The notes beneath the pieces are model-generated. The model had not been told where the DNA came from, did no database searches, and saw nothing but the letters and a program-made list of their open reading frames with translations. From Candidatus Micrarchaeota archaeon (GTDB lineage: Archaea; Micrarchaeota; Micrarchaeia; Micrarchaeales; Micrarchaeaceae), in NCBI GenBank assembly GCA_021791535.1, contig JAJYWI010000008.1, positions 614 to 64,613 on the forward strand: DNA of 64,000 bases. Reading direction: 5' to 3'. The translations under genes and the position numbers were made by a program. The first letter of the stretch is position 1. The number at the start of each line of letters is the position of its first letter. Positions 63,547 to 64,000 of this stretch are shown here, in pieces.

Positions 63547-64000
63547 TTACATGGGGTTAGGCTGGAACTTCGACTTCGCCTCCTCCATCTCTGCCTTGAC
63601 CATCTCCCTCCATTTCGTGAATCCTTCTATGCTCTTCGGGTAGTTCTCATATATGTCATTTAAAACCTTCATCTTCTTGACAACATATCTAAGGTTGTTG
63701 AAGGCGTTCATGTTGGATACCCCCTGTATTATCATCTTGGCCTTCGATGTGATGCTCAGCTCCGGTATCCTACCGTAGCTTATGTCCTCCGCCTCCTTCG
63801 CGGTGAGGAATACCTTCATGCCATAGTTTATCGTATCGTTGTTGAGCGACTGCATCCATGTCCTGAAGACCTCTAGCCCAGCTGTTTTCTTCCCGTATTC
63901 CTGGTTGTACTCGAGGTTGTACCGCCACATCCCGCTGACACTGACATCCCCGCTCTGTATCGATCTCACGGCCTGTTCACCAGCCATGATCCCTGATATC
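63547..64000 (-). CDS. FAD-dependent oxidoreductase, geranylgeranyl reductase-family-like, C-terminal part (5' end off-window)
   Basis: The frame stays open to the window edge (..ISGIMAGEQAV). The C-terminal region resembles archaeal GGR-family tails. This assignment is from memory only. Confidence 0.4.
   Translation of the reverse strand, partial: ISGIMAGEQAVRSIQSGDVSVSGMWRYNLEYNQEYGKKTAGLEVFRTWMQSLNNDTINYGMKVFLTAKEAEDISYGRIPELSITSKAKMIIQGVSNMNAFNNLRYVVKKMKVLNDIYENYPKSIEGFTKWREMVKAEMEEAKSKFQPNPM

Noticed and set aside
1-64000. CRISPR arrays, transposases/IS elements, integrases, rRNA genes
   Set aside because: No regularly spaced short repeats, no DDE/tyrosine-recombinase-like ORFs and no rRNA-like conserved segments were noticed on either strand.

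Overview
This is an archaeal chromosomal segment of roughly mid-range GC. It carries PolD and FtsZ, so it belongs to a Euryarchaeota/DPANN-like lineage rather than a crenarchaeal one. Coding density is high and the content is mostly housekeeping:
- KEOPS genes: Kae1 and Bud32.
- Aminoacyl-tRNA synthetases: GlyRS and PheRS alpha/beta.
- A dense set of replication and repair genes: PolB, Nudix, class II RNR, RNase HII, Lhr plus MPE, FEN1, PolD DP2/DP1, PolX, SMC and Ogg.
- Three ribosomal-protein clusters: L1-P0-P1; L7Ae-S28e-L24e; L30e-S12-S7-EF-2.
- FtsZ, deoxyhypusine synthase, two M50 proteases, a signal peptidase, transporters and one tRNA-Arg(UCG).

I saw no CRISPR array, transposase, integrase, rRNA or intein.

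The stretches that housekeeping does not explain are:
1. A tandem pair of strongly diverged paralogs of unknown function (50449-51729). Each is preceded by a nearly identical non-coding promoter cassette of about 100 bp. The pair sits just downstream of EF-2, and a structured non-coding region of about 250 nt follows it.
2. A partial duplicate of the tRNA-Arg anticodon-to-T-arm segment about 450 bp downstream of the intact tRNA. The two copies bracket a small membrane-protein gene at the position where L11 normally precedes L1.
3. A Tes-like (tetraether synthase-like) radical SAM gene with a Cys/Gly-rich tail and an uncharacterised downstream partner.
4. A Nop5 homolog that appears to lack the fibrillarin-binding N-terminal domain.
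5. Low-complexity extensions on L7Ae and S7, and repeated amphipathic GLFGSLK-type motifs on an RpiB-fold protein.
6. Several sub-60-aa ORFs missing from the ORF track, including a perfect CDGSH iron-sulfur motif protein and an Arg-rich 38-aa ORF with a Shine-Dalgarno (SD)-like sequence.

All functional calls rest on motif recognition by eye. No database search was run.
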